Positions 38,903 through 48,298 of a stretch of DNA of 55,345 nt are shown one piece after another. The notes under the pieces were generated by a model. The model did no database searches and had not been told where the DNA came from. It worked only from the letters and a program-made list of their open reading frames with translations. Positions within the stretch are counted from its first letter, which is position 1, and each line of letters starts with the position of its first letter. The DNA comes from a bacterium (GTDB lineage: Bacteria > Patescibacteriota > Minisyncoccia > Moranbacterales > UBA2206), in NCBI GenBank assembly GCA_021777675.1, contig JAJYDG010000002.1, positions 1 to 55,345 on the forward strand, written 5' to 3'. The translations under genes were made by a program, and so were the position numbers.

Positions 38903-39622
38903 TTAATTCTTACTATTGATTTCATAAATCACATCCTTTTTTTCCACCATAATTTTCCATTTTTTTTGCTCAGCAATTTTACGCAAATTCAAATCAGGAT
39001 TAAAAGCGATCGGAAAATCCACCAAATCCAAGAAAGGGGCGTCTGATTGCGTGTCCCCCATTCCAAAAGACCCCACCATGGAAATATCGTTTTCCGCCAC
39101 GAATTGTTTCACCACTGCGCTCTTATCATGCGTTGGTTCAAAAATAGTTTTTCCGGTATAAATTTTATTCTTGTCAATTTCATACACACTACCAAAATAA
39201 GCGTCGAAATTCAACAATTCGGCATATTCTTTAACAATCTCAACCGGCGATCCTGAAATAACCAACATAATATGATCGTTGCGCATTTTCTCCATCAATC
39301 TTTTGGCATAGATATAAATTCTTTTGGCATTAAACCGTGCCACTCTTTTAGCGGCAGCTATTATTTCTTCCTGATTTTTGCCTTGAATATTTTTTTCGTA
39401 CAACTCAACCAATTTAACACGATAAGCATCATATGTCCCCTCATTATCAAGCCAACTTCCATATAACCCAATCAATTCATCTCGCACACTCTTGGGAAAA
39501 ACTTTCATCCAAGATAATTCATTTAAAAGTTCAAAAGCCAAATTCTTGCGAAAGATCGTCCCATCGATGTCAAAAACAGCCAACTTTTTTTTATGTATAT
39601 TTTTTAGGTTTTCTTTTAACAT
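38903..39622 (-). CDS. HAD-superfamily (subfamily IB, SerB-like) hydrolase
   Basis: FDIDGT, ISGS, K, GDTQSD motifs. Confidence 0.92.
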   Translation of the reverse strand: MLKENLKNIHKKKLAVFDIDGTIFRKNLAFELLNELSWMKVFPKSVRDELIGLYGSWLDNEGTYDAYRVKLVELYEKNIQGKNQEEIIAAAKRVARFNAKRIYIYAKRLMEKMRNDHIMLVISGSPVEIVKEYAELLNFDAYFGSVYEIDKNKIYTGKTIFEPTHDKSAVVKQFVAENDISMVGSFGMGDTQSDAPFLDLVDFPIAFNPDLNLRKIAEQKKWKIMVEKKDVIYEINSKN

Positions 39623-39636
39623 AATTCAAATCATTT

Positions 39637-40305
39637 TTAAAATTTTAAATATTTGTTCCAATGCATATATAATTCCCTGGTTGTTGCCAAATCGCGCGCG
39701 CAATATCGTGCAATTTCCAGATATCTTCCCGTTTGGTATAATTCAGAAACCATTGATCCGTCAACGCCATCATCCTTGGAACTTTTTATGCCAAAAAATT
39801 TAGCGTAAAAATCCAAATTAAATTTTCTCGTTGCTCCATAGAATGTCAGTTGATCAAGCAAATCGCAATGTTTCTGAAATTCATAGCGGTAACCTAACAA
39901 ATTTTTTGTCGGACACACGGAATGTTTGGCACTGCGCAAAAGAAGAAATGGGACATCAAAAGCTCGCCCGTTAAAAGTAATCACAGTATCATATTTTTCT
40001 ATAATTTCCCAAAATTTTCTTAAAATATTTTCTTCCACTCCGCTTTGATATTTTATTCCATTTTCCTTAAATTCCACCTGTTCGCTATTATTATTTTGAA
40101 AAAGCAACATTCCATTTTGCGTATCGGGATTAAGCATACCGATCGCTACGATTTCTCCCGTTAAAGGATACAACCCCAACCTTTTTTTTATTTCTGCTTT
40201 TTCTTCTTCGGTCGTCGCATATTTTAATAAATATTCTTGTGTCTTTTTTTCAAAAGATTCAAAATCAAAACCGATTGTTTCGATATCAATAACGATTTTC
40301 GCCAT
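39637..40305 (-). CDS. Stand-alone DEDDy 3'-5' exonuclease (PolB-exo/RNase H-like)
   Basis: IDIET, FNGRAFD, YCARD. Confidence 0.88.
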   Translation of the reverse strand: MAKIVIDIETIGFDFESFEKKTQEYLLKYATTEEEKAEIKKRLGLYPLTGEIVAIGMLNPDTQNGMLLFQNNNSEQVEFKENGIKYQSGVEENILRKFWEIIEKYDTVITFNGRAFDVPFLLLRSAKHSVCPTKNLLGYRYEFQKHCDLLDQLTFYGATRKFNLDFYAKFFGIKSSKDDGVDGSMVSELYQTGRYLEIARYCARDLATTRELYMHWNKYLKF

Positions 40306-40377
40306 AACAGTAAAATGAAATTTTATGCTTTAATTATAGCACAAAAGCGAAATGCCAAATAGTGAAAAACAAAATAT

Positions 40378-40736
40378 TTAAAAGATGTCTGTTTTTACAG
40401 TTTTAGCTTGATAATACAGCTTTAATCCAATAGCTGTCCTTTCTCTTTCCGGAAGCGTTTAAATATCTTTAGTTGTCGCTCGCATTAGTTTCATATTTTT
40501 AATGACTCGAAAACAAATCGCTGTGTTTGATTATTTTCAATAATTACATAAAAAATATTTATTTTTTAGAAAATCAATCATTTTATTAACTGCATCTTCG
40601 ATAGCTTTGTCTTCTTCTTTGCACTGACTGCTGTCTTTCAAATAAGCTCTTACCAAACAATTATCTGACTTATCATAAATGCTGAATCTATTTTTATAAG
40701 CCAAGCATATCGGCTCTCTTTAGTTTCTTTTTCCAT
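40378..40736 (-). pseudogene. Probable fragmented gene relic at the end of the defence cluster
   Basis: ATG at 40736, 8 nt after the DUF2779 stop; protein-like text alternates between frames (YKNRFSIYDKSDNCLVRAYLKD...; YVIIENNQTQRFVFESLKN...) with stops. Confidence 0.4.
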
Positions 40737-40744
40737 AAAAATTT

Positions 40745-42238
40745 TTAAACTGATTTTAATACCCTCCAAATTTCAACCATAGCCAATGTATCGAGATGGC
40801 AATAATCTTTAAGTGCCTGTATTTTCATATCCTTATCTTCATCAGAATATTCTCCTGATACAATACGATTCCAAGTATCTGACGCGGCACCACCTTCTTG
40901 AATATGCATATTTTTATATGAAAGATGGGGAACAAGAGCCGGCAAAACATATTTTATTGAAGCACTTCCCTTAAACTCCGGATGATCATACATTGTGGTT
41001 TTTCCAAAAAATGGAACCATCAAGTCGATGACTCGATTGTTAACATTCTGCATAAAATCCTTGTATTTTGATAATCGTTCTCCAAGTTGTTTATTGATAC
41101 CTTGCTCAAATTTCCGATTCCAAACAATGACACTGCCTTTTTCGGGAAGATGCCTTTTTAATGCTTGGACAAAAGATTCATCTGGGCAATCTTTGTCTGT
41201 ATAAATAAAATCATAATGAACAGATTCGCTATCCGGAGATTCAATCACATGCAGTGAAAATTGAAACGGAATTTGCTGATATGGACTGTATCTATTGTAT
41301 TTTGGTATTGCGGATGGATATGTTTCATAATCAAGAAAAGCCAGCGGATATTTCATTGCTCCTAAAAATTCTGAAATGCCATCCTTATCAATATATTCTT
41401 TGCCGGATTTGGCTGTTTCCACTTGCCTTTTTTGATTGTCTGAAAGCGGAAAATCATCCGGCACATCATGAATATTAAAAATATGACTATCAACCAACTC
41501 GGCTAATTTTGTCTTATGAATTCTTGCAATTGCATGAACAGAATATTCCGGAAGATCCGAGTTCGAATACCACGCTGTCGTGCAATGCGAGTTTTTTCCT
41601 TTTAAAATACAATCGCAATGCCCTCTCGGTTCAGTTTCGCTGGATAACAATTCATAGGCACCCTCCATCTTTTGCTTTATGTCATCCAGCTTCGCATTCA
41701 CTTGACTAGTCAAATCTTCTATAAAAAATAATTCTTGCAAATTAATATCGCCAAGACGAACATATTTTTTATTCAGCCTGATCAGATTGAAAGTTCCCAT
41801 CTCAATGCCTATGGCATCTAAAACATTCTTTTGAAAAGCCATATCTATCAAATAATCATCGGTTTTTCTTCCCCCATTTTCTTCCGAAGCTGTCGATGAT
41901 TTCACTTCATACAAATCATAGACATCCGTGTCAGAGTTAAAAACAAAAATATCAGAGACTGCGAGATATTTTTCAGTTGCAAAAACAGGCTGATAAATTA
42001 CAGGTGTCTTTTCTGCCATAAGCTTCTTTGTGAGTTCCGTATCATCACGAGATTCCACCAGCACGCCACCCGGAAAAAGACCGCGCGCAAGCTCGTCAAT
42101 TTGATTGCCGGTATCAATAATATTCAGTTCAAAAGAAGAAAGCGCTTTTTTCTTATACACCTCCGGCTTATGAATTTTTAGCCAAGCATTCTTTGCACAA
42201 TCGAGGCATATCAGAAAGTTTGTTTTTGATAATTTCAT
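40745..42238 (-). CDS. DUF2779-type protein: N-terminal Cas4/PD-(D/E)XK-like nuclease plus C-terminal RNase H-like domain
   Basis: LSKT.F...C.K..WL, DIF, YEVKSST, DMAFQ; FLDYET, IPFQFSLH, SIKYVLP, YCHLDT. Confidence 0.82.
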   Translation of the reverse strand: MKLSKTNFLICLDCAKNAWLKIHKPEVYKKKALSSFELNIIDTGNQIDELARGLFPGGVLVESRDDTELTKKLMAEKTPVIYQPVFATEKYLAVSDIFVFNSDTDVYDLYEVKSSTASEENGGRKTDDYLIDMAFQKNVLDAIGIEMGTFNLIRLNKKYVRLGDINLQELFFIEDLTSQVNAKLDDIKQKMEGAYELLSSETEPRGHCDCILKGKNSHCTTAWYSNSDLPEYSVHAIARIHKTKLAELVDSHIFNIHDVPDDFPLSDNQKRQVETAKSGKEYIDKDGISEFLGAMKYPLAFLDYETYPSAIPKYNRYSPYQQIPFQFSLHVIESPDSESVHYDFIYTDKDCPDESFVQALKRHLPEKGSVIVWNRKFEQGINKQLGERLSKYKDFMQNVNNRVIDLMVPFFGKTTMYDHPEFKGSASIKYVLPALVPHLSYKNMHIQEGGAASDTWNRIVSGEYSDEDKDMKIQALKDYCHLDTLAMVEIWRVLKSV

Positions 42239-42275
42239 ATGATTTTATTTAAAAAATCCGTCCCTTGCGTAGCTT

Positions 42276-44456
42276 TTATTTTATCATTTGATTGTAGTGC
42301 GCTTCATATCCAGAATCTTCAAATATTTTTTTAAATGCTTCTTTGAAAATTTGAGGGTTAATTTCTTTCGAATCAGAAATGTTTATTGGATCAGAATGAG
42401 ATTCCTTATTTATATATCTTATGAAAAAATTATTTTTCTCATCTTTTTCTAATTCTTTTGTAAGTTCATTAAAATCATTTTTTTCTATAAAACCAAAAAA
42501 CCTTTCGAGAATATTTCTCATTGCATTTGCTAATATTACCTCGGTTGCCCTACCTTCGTCATAATCTTTTAATATTTGCCAGTATGATTGATATTCATTT
42601 TGAATATCTTTGCGATTCATTTCTGATAATTGAGAAAAATCTGACCTGCAAAGTCTAAAAAGTTTTGCGTTGGTATCCTTCTGCTTATGAAGTAGCTCAT
42701 GAAAAAAATATAGATTGTGAGTTAAAACAAACACTTGCTTATAATCATCATTAAAAAAGTTTTTTCTTATTAGCTGTGCTACATTAAAAACATACATATG
42801 CGACAAGCTAGAAATAGGATCATCGATAACGACTATTTTTTCAGTTACCACCTCGTCATTTTTTTCTTTGCCTTTGCATAACTCCAAAAAATACAAGAAG
42901 CTAATTACTGTTTTTTCTCCTTCGCTCAATGTTTCGAATTTAGCCACATCTTCATTTGGTCTTTTAAGTTTATATGAATCTTTACCAGCTGGCACAATAG
43001 AAAATCCGTCTAAGCCAAAAAATATTAATTCACTATTTATGGCATCAATTGCATCTTGAATATTTACCATTTCTTTTTGTGCATCTTGTATTATTTTTTT
43101 CTGTTCATCGATTTCCGTCTTTAATCCTGAAATTTTAGTTTCAATATCCAATTTTTCTTTTTCAAGCTTGGCATTCTGTGTTGCGTGATTTTCTATCACT
43201 TGGTCGTAATACCACCTCATAATTTCCCAAAACTCTTTAATGATTTGGCTCTTTGTTTTTTGCTTATTCTTTATTTTTTCATTGTGAGTTTTTATTTCTT
43301 CAACAATTGTATCTAAAAAATCATTTAAAGCATTTTGCTCTAAAATAGTTGATTCTAAATCAATGATTATGTTTGGACTTTTAATTTTATTGGAAATCTT
43401 TGACCAATTACCGCTTACCTTATCAATAAAATTTTTAAATACGAGCTTAAATGCTGTTTCTTTGTTTTTTATAAAATCTATTTTTAAAAGTTCCGCCTCT
43501 AAATTTTTTATAACTTGATATTCTTTCCAATATTCTTTATCAAAATTTTCTAATGAATTAATTTTATTTTGATAAGTTTCATCAAAGTAATTTTGAATTT
43601 CTTGGTATAATTCCTTAGTAATAGTTTTTTGCTGGCAAAAAGGGCAAACTTCGTTTTCTCCTTCTGGTTCATTAACAAGTTCTTTTCCTTTTTTTACCCA
43701 ATCTGAAATGTTTAACTTGCCTATAAGTTCCGCGACTTGTGAATTTTCGTTACCAATAATAACTTCTTTGAAAATTTCCTGATTTTCTATTTTCCAAAAA
43801 TCAAAACTAACTTTTTTAACCAGATTTTCATCATAAGTTTTAGCATTTTCTCCTTGAGTTGCTTCTGCTTCTTTTTTCAAATCTTCTATTGATTTTTCTG
43901 ATTTATTCTCTGGTTTTTGTAATTTAGAAACATAATCAAATAAGGATTTTTTACTTCCCATCTTTCCATCTAAGCAAAATTCTAAAATTCTATCACCACC
44001 ATAATAGTCATTTTTAATTTTCCAAGTTTTTTTCTCAGAGTCAGATTGCAAGCTAGCAATATCTGCTTGTTTTTTTTCTAAATCAAATTGAAATCCTGTC
44101 TTTAATTCATCATTTTTAATTCGAGCCTCTATTTGCTTTATTTCTTCAGTGGCTTTATCTATCTTTTCTTTCGCCTCTTTGTTTTCTGACTTCAAACTAA
44201 AAATACCTTTTTGAGTATCTTGATAAAAATTATCATCAATAAATTTTTGATTGTAAACTAATACTTTTTCGCTATTTAATCCTTCAATTGAACAATCAGA
44301 GAAGCACTCATTATTTTTATCTTGAAGATACTTTGAAAGAGTTGTTTTTCCTGCTCCATTCAGTCCATAAATAAGATTGATTTTTTTATCAGTCTCTAGA
44401 ATAGCAGGTACTGCACCATAACTTGCAGTATTTTTTATAGAAATCTTAGTAATCAT
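42276..44456 (-). CDS. RloC-like AAA_13 ATPase with zinc hook and C-terminal HEPN domain (anticodon-nuclease family)
   Basis: YGLNGAGKTT, coiled coils with CPFC, LSEGEK, VVIDDPISSL, LTHN, NAMRNILE.F, RYINKESH. Confidence 0.88.
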   Translation of the reverse strand: MITKISIKNTASYGAVPAILETDKKINLIYGLNGAGKTTLSKYLQDKNNECFSDCSIEGLNSEKVLVYNQKFIDDNFYQDTQKGIFSLKSENKEAKEKIDKATEEIKQIEARIKNDELKTGFQFDLEKKQADIASLQSDSEKKTWKIKNDYYGGDRILEFCLDGKMGSKKSLFDYVSKLQKPENKSEKSIEDLKKEAEATQGENAKTYDENLVKKVSFDFWKIENQEIFKEVIIGNENSQVAELIGKLNISDWVKKGKELVNEPEGENEVCPFCQQKTITKELYQEIQNYFDETYQNKINSLENFDKEYWKEYQVIKNLEAELLKIDFIKNKETAFKLVFKNFIDKVSGNWSKISNKIKSPNIIIDLESTILEQNALNDFLDTIVEEIKTHNEKIKNKQKTKSQIIKEFWEIMRWYYDQVIENHATQNAKLEKEKLDIETKISGLKTEIDEQKKIIQDAQKEMVNIQDAIDAINSELIFFGLDGFSIVPAGKDSYKLKRPNEDVAKFETLSEGEKTVISFLYFLELCKGKEKNDEVVTEKIVVIDDPISSLSHMYVFNVAQLIRKNFFNDDYKQVFVLTHNLYFFHELLHKQKDTNAKLFRLCRSDFSQLSEMNRKDIQNEYQSYWQILKDYDEGRATEVILANAMRNILERFFGFIEKNDFNELTKELEKDEKNNFFIRYINKESHSDPINISDSKEINPQIFKEAFKKIFEDSGYEAHYNQMIK

Positions 44457-44494
44457 AGTTTAAAATATCGAATTTACTCGATATTTTTTTAATT

Positions 44495-45589
44495 TTATTT
44501 CCCAGATTTTCTTCTATTACATTCTTTGCATAACATTTGGCAATTTTCTGAAATTGTTTTTCCACCTTCGTGCCAAGGAGTTATATGATCCGCTTCCATT
44601 TCCTCTAGTGCAAAATGCTCTCTACATTTTGAACAAACACCCTTCTGCTCTTCATAGACCTTTTGTTTTATGGCGTCAGAAAACGCACGAATCGAAAGAT
44701 GCTTTTCATCGTGAGTCAAAATGTATGGATAAATCCCGCTCTTCTTTGTTACATCATCATCAAGTATCAATTTTGCTATTTCTTTTTCAATTTTTTCCGT
44801 ATTGCATTGCTCATCTTTGTATTTATTATAGAGAGTGCCCCAATCAACACCTTTCATGAACTTCCTTTTTTGAGTGAAGGTGGTTTCTACCCAAGTAATA
44901 ACATCTTGAAAATATCGCCACAAAGCAGCGGCATTTTGATCATGCTGATGCTTTGACATATATTTTTCAATTTCACCGCCACTCACCCAATTAATAACTG
45001 TTTCTAGATAGTCTTGACGAATAGGAGTGCCATTCAAATAATCACTTCCTATACTGTAAGCAACGCACCCGCTCTTACTAAAATATTTTTTTGCGTCAGT
45101 GACCCAGGTGCCGGAATAAACAGCATTTCTTAATTCTTGGTCTGTCAATTTTTCTCCCGCAATATTTATCGTTTTGAACCAATCTAGTTTTTCCCTATCT
45201 GTCCCACTGCACTGATAGACGGTAAGCTTATAATTTAAAATCTGATCTTTTTGATCATTTGTAAGATTATGAAAAGCTAATTTATTCCCTGAAAAATCAA
45301 CAGAAAAATCCCCATTAAAGTACTGACAAATTGAAATTGTGCGCTGTTGTCCATCAATAATTTCGAAATTTCCATCCTCGCGAACAGCCCAATACATCAC
45401 ATTAAGTGGAAACTCTTTTGTGATAGTATCAATAACAGCATCTCTTTGTTTGTCATTGTAAATGAATTCTCTTTGATATGGTGGACGAATATCAAGTTTG
45501 CCACCATACCCCACAACACCAGCTTCAGCATTGTCTTCAAAATTCTCTACCAATTCACGAACTGAAATTTCTTTTAGTTGTATTTCCAT
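44495..45589 (-). CDS. DUF262 (ParB/Srx-like) + HNH endonuclease, GmrSD-like
   Basis: PPYQREF, IDGQQRT, F..IN..G.KL; CSKC...EADHITPW..GG.T..NCQMLCKECN. Confidence 0.9.
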   Translation of the reverse strand: MEIQLKEISVRELVENFEDNAEAGVVGYGGKLDIRPPYQREFIYNDKQRDAVIDTITKEFPLNVMYWAVREDGNFEIIDGQQRTISICQYFNGDFSVDFSGNKLAFHNLTNDQKDQILNYKLTVYQCSGTDREKLDWFKTINIAGEKLTDQELRNAVYSGTWVTDAKKYFSKSGCVAYSIGSDYLNGTPIRQDYLETVINWVSGGEIEKYMSKHQHDQNAAALWRYFQDVITWVETTFTQKRKFMKGVDWGTLYNKYKDEQCNTEKIEKEIAKLILDDDVTKKSGIYPYILTHDEKHLSIRAFSDAIKQKVYEEQKGVCSKCREHFALEEMEADHITPWHEGGKTISENCQMLCKECNRRKSGK

Positions 45590-45593
45590 AATA

Positions 45594-46676
45594 TTATTTT
45601 ATTACTTTCTTATTTTTAATTAAAACTCTAAAATACTTTGATTTTCCATTTATTTCAGTCATATGGAGATGTTTTGTCACAGCATTTTCATTCAGGCCAG
45701 CAACATCCAATATTGTATATCTATTTAGTCCATCAATAATCTCAAATTGTTCAGGGTTGTATTTATGCAAGAAGGTTATTGGAACACCTATGATACCGCT
45801 ATAATCTATCGGGATGTCCTTTGTTTTGTCTACATTTATCGCATCGAAATTATCATACTTAAAATATTCACTTTCATTATCAGAATACTTTTTATACAAA
45901 ATCAATTCTTCATGTCTTTTGTTATGGTCTAAGTTCGTAAACCACACTACACCTGCTACAAAAGCATATTTTTTACCGTTCTCAATTTTATGATATGTTT
46001 TATAATAGTCTGGGATTTGAAACCAACGATTTGAACCATTCATGCTAACACCAAGCCACAACTCGTTTTCTTTAACTAATTTGAAAATTTCTTTATATGT
46101 TATTGCATTTTGATTACCAATGACTAAAAATTTTTTGTCATATTCCATCAATTGTGCAACATATTCACGAAATAAAGAAAATGGTGGATTGGTAACAATA
46201 ATATCCGCCTCTTTTAAAATCTCTTTGGATTCTTCGCTTCTGAAATCACCACCACCCTTGAGTGGAGTGGCAACATTTTTATCATGTCTTAAAATCCATT
46301 CAACATCGACCATATTAACAGCACCATCAGAATTGAGATCCCTTACTTCATTAATTTCAATTTTATGTGGCTCTTTTCTTCTTGCTTTTTTTAATCCTTC
46401 TACCTCAAACAATGGAAGTTGTCCCCCGACAACAGGCGAGCCGGCATAACTTGTAGCAATAAGCTTTTTAAGGCCGAGTGCGTTGAAATTAGAAGCAAAA
46501 TATTTAAAAAAATTACTTTCAAAGGGATCATCCGCATTGCAATAAACGACCTTGTCTTTAAATTGATCCTTGTAGTATTTTAACTCTTTTTCTATATCAG
46601 AAAGCTGAGTATAAAACTCATCATTTTTCGCCTTGTTTGCATTGCGCAAATTTTTATTTGATGCTTTCTTTTCCAT
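45594..46676 (-). CDS. Adenine-specific DNA methyltransferase, EcoRI-methylase family
   Basis: AKNDEFYTQ..DIE.EL..Y, VYCNADD, GDFRS.E, TNPPFSLFREY, GVPITF. Confidence 0.92.
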   Translation of the reverse strand: MEKKASNKNLRNANKAKNDEFYTQLSDIEKELKYYKDQFKDKVVYCNADDPFESNFFKYFASNFNALGLKKLIATSYAGSPVVGGQLPLFEVEGLKKARRKEPHKIEINEVRDLNSDGAVNMVDVEWILRHDKNVATPLKGGGDFRSEESKEILKEADIIVTNPPFSLFREYVAQLMEYDKKFLVIGNQNAITYKEIFKLVKENELWLGVSMNGSNRWFQIPDYYKTYHKIENGKKYAFVAGVVWFTNLDHNKRHEELILYKKYSDNESEYFKYDNFDAINVDKTKDIPIDYSGIIGVPITFLHKYNPEQFEIIDGLNRYTILDVAGLNENAVTKHLHMTEINGKSKYFRVLIKNKKVIK

Positions 46677-46679
46677 AAA

Positions 46680-47594
46680 CTATTTGTTCAAATCATAACT
46701 CTGCTTGATTAAAAGAAAAACTGATTCAAGGTCTTTTTCATCTTTTAATTTCACCTCATAATCTCCATTACCCCAGTGACCCTTCTTGGGTTTCGTAAAA
46801 TCTGTCGCTATATCCAATATATCAATTAATTTCCCACTTTTTACATTGAGCGTAATTCTGATTTCATCTTTATAAATAATCAGGTCGGCAAAGTTAGTTG
46901 TTGTTTTGTAAGCTATGTAAAATTTCTTTGGCTCCTCTCTTATTTCCTCATCGAGAGAAATAATTTCTTCGCGCAATTTATAAAAAAGAGCTTTTGTTTT
47001 TTGATTAGCTTTTTTTAGGTGATAATCTATAGAATAATTTTTTTGCAAAATTTCTGTTTTTTCTTTGTTATTATTTTTTGATTTCCTGATAATTCCAGAA
47101 GTGGAAATTTTTATTTTCTGATAGTTTTCCGGTTCAAGATAAAGGATATCGTTTTCATAAATCCTATATCTCAAAAGTTCAATGTTGATTGGCAAAATAT
47201 CTGCCGTGTCTATATCAAACTTGTTATAACTTTCCGCAACACAAATGACTCGAGGAGAATCCCAGTCGATATCAACTTCGATATTTTTTTCTTTACATAA
47301 AATTTCAAAATCTGCTTTGTGATCCAAGAGCCAGCGCAAATATGAAAGACCTTGATTGATGACGCTATCGTTTTGGCTTTTCTTATACTCAATAATGCAG
47401 GGCGAGCCATTCTTGTCTATGCCCAAAGTATCAATTCTACCCACGAAACTAATCGAATATTCATGAGCCAAAAAATCAATATTCAAAATTTCTTCCAGAT
47501 TATTTTCAAATAATTTCTGCAAGTCTTTTTCCAGGCCTAGAGCTTTCGTCACTAATTTTGATACCTTTGGATTTTGAATCTTGAATAATGCCAT
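46680..47594 (-). CDS. NucS/DUF91-like PD-(D/E)XK endonuclease fused to DUF5655-like domain
   Basis: LEKDLQ, GRIDTLG, IIEYK, Q.L.Y; C-terminal KFYIAYK...GHWGNGD.E. Confidence 0.82.
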   Translation of the reverse strand: MALFKIQNPKVSKLVTKALGLEKDLQKLFENNLEEILNIDFLAHEYSISFVGRIDTLGIDKNGSPCIIEYKKSQNDSVINQGLSYLRWLLDHKADFEILCKEKNIEVDIDWDSPRVICVAESYNKFDIDTADILPINIELLRYRIYENDILYLEPENYQKIKISTSGIIRKSKNNNKEKTEILQKNYSIDYHLKKANQKTKALFYKLREEIISLDEEIREEPKKFYIAYKTTTNFADLIIYKDEIRITLNVKSGKLIDILDIATDFTKPKKGHWGNGDYEVKLKDEKDLESVFLLIKQSYDLNK

Positions 47595-47631
47595 ATATTT
47601 ATTTTAAAAAAGGAGGGTTTTTGCTGTTTTT

Positions 47632-47660
47632 ATGATACCACTAAGCCAGTAATTACTCAA
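47632..47660 (-). promoter_or_regulatory. Sigma70-type promoter of the defence cluster
   Basis: TTGAGT-N17-TATCAT with TGn extension. Confidence 0.55.
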
Positions 47661-47734
47661 CACTTTTCCAAAATAAGCATCACAAGGGCAATTTCTGAAC
47701 AAATCCAGCCCTGCGACTTGACATCCCATAACAC

Positions 47735-47768
47735 AAAAGAATTACGCAATCAATTGCGTAATTCTTTT
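47735..47768 (-). terminator. Terminator after tRNA-Trp
   Basis: 16-bp inverted repeat AAAAGAATTACGCAAT-ca-ATTGCGTAATTCTTTT. Confidence 0.85.
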
Positions 47769-47773
47769 ATCTG

Positions 47774-47844
47774 CACGGGGTGTAGGAATCGAACCTACGT
47801 CAGAAGTTTTGGAGACTCCCGTACTGCCACTGTACGAACCCCGC
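47774..47844 (-). tRNA. tRNA-Trp (CCA)
   Basis: Cloverleaf: acceptor GCGGGGT/ACCCCGT, anticodon loop CTCCAAA, T-loop TTCGATT. Confidence 0.96.
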
Positions 47845-47899
47845 AAACGCCAAAGCCGGCTCACTAAAATCATCCGACTCAGCCTTTAATTGCAAAACT

Positions 47900-48055
47900 T
47901 TATTTCATTTCCTTGTGCAAAGTATTTGTCTTGCATTTTTTGCAAAATTTTTTAAGCTCTAATTTTTCCTTGATTTTCTTCTTATTGCGCTTAGTAAAAT
48001 GATTAATAGAGTTGCAAACGCTACATTTCATTTTAACTAAATTTTCTCTTGTCAT
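47900..48055 (-). CDS. rpmG: 50S ribosomal protein L33 (51 aa, missing from ORF track)
   Basis: MTRENLVKMKCSVCNSINHFTKRNKKKIKEKLELKKFCKKCKTNTLHKEMK; two CxxC. Confidence 0.96.
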   Translation of the reverse strand: MTRENLVKMKCSVCNSINHFTKRNKKKIKEKLELKKFCKKCKTNTLHKEMK

Positions 48056-48094
48056 AATATTTAAATTAATGTTAATTATTCAAAAAAACTCCGG

Positions 48095-48167
48095 AGCCGT
48101 TGTCCGGAATCGGACCGGAGACCTTTTCCTTACCATGGAAATGCTCTACCGACTGAGCTACAACGGC
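48095..48167 (-). tRNA. tRNA-Thr (GGT)
   Basis: Acceptor GCCGTTG/CAACGGC, anticodon loop ATGGTAA. Confidence 0.95.
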
Positions 48168-48189
48168 CTGCTCTTCTAATTCAATTTTG

Positions 48190-48272
48190 TGGGCCGGGAG
48201 GGATTCGAACCCCCGTAGACCGAAATCGGCTGATTTACAGTCAGCTGCGATTGACCACTCCGCCACCGACCC
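48190..48272 (-). tRNA. tRNA-Tyr (GTA)
   Basis: Acceptor GGGTCGG/CCGGCCC, loop CTGTAAA, long variable arm, GGTTCGAATCC. Confidence 0.96.
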
Positions 48273-48298
48273 ACTTTTTTCTCTATTTTTCATTAATG

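Noticed and set aside
47611..47652. Plus-strand AGGAGG followed by ATG at 47632
   Set aside because: Spacing too long and ORF only 6 codons
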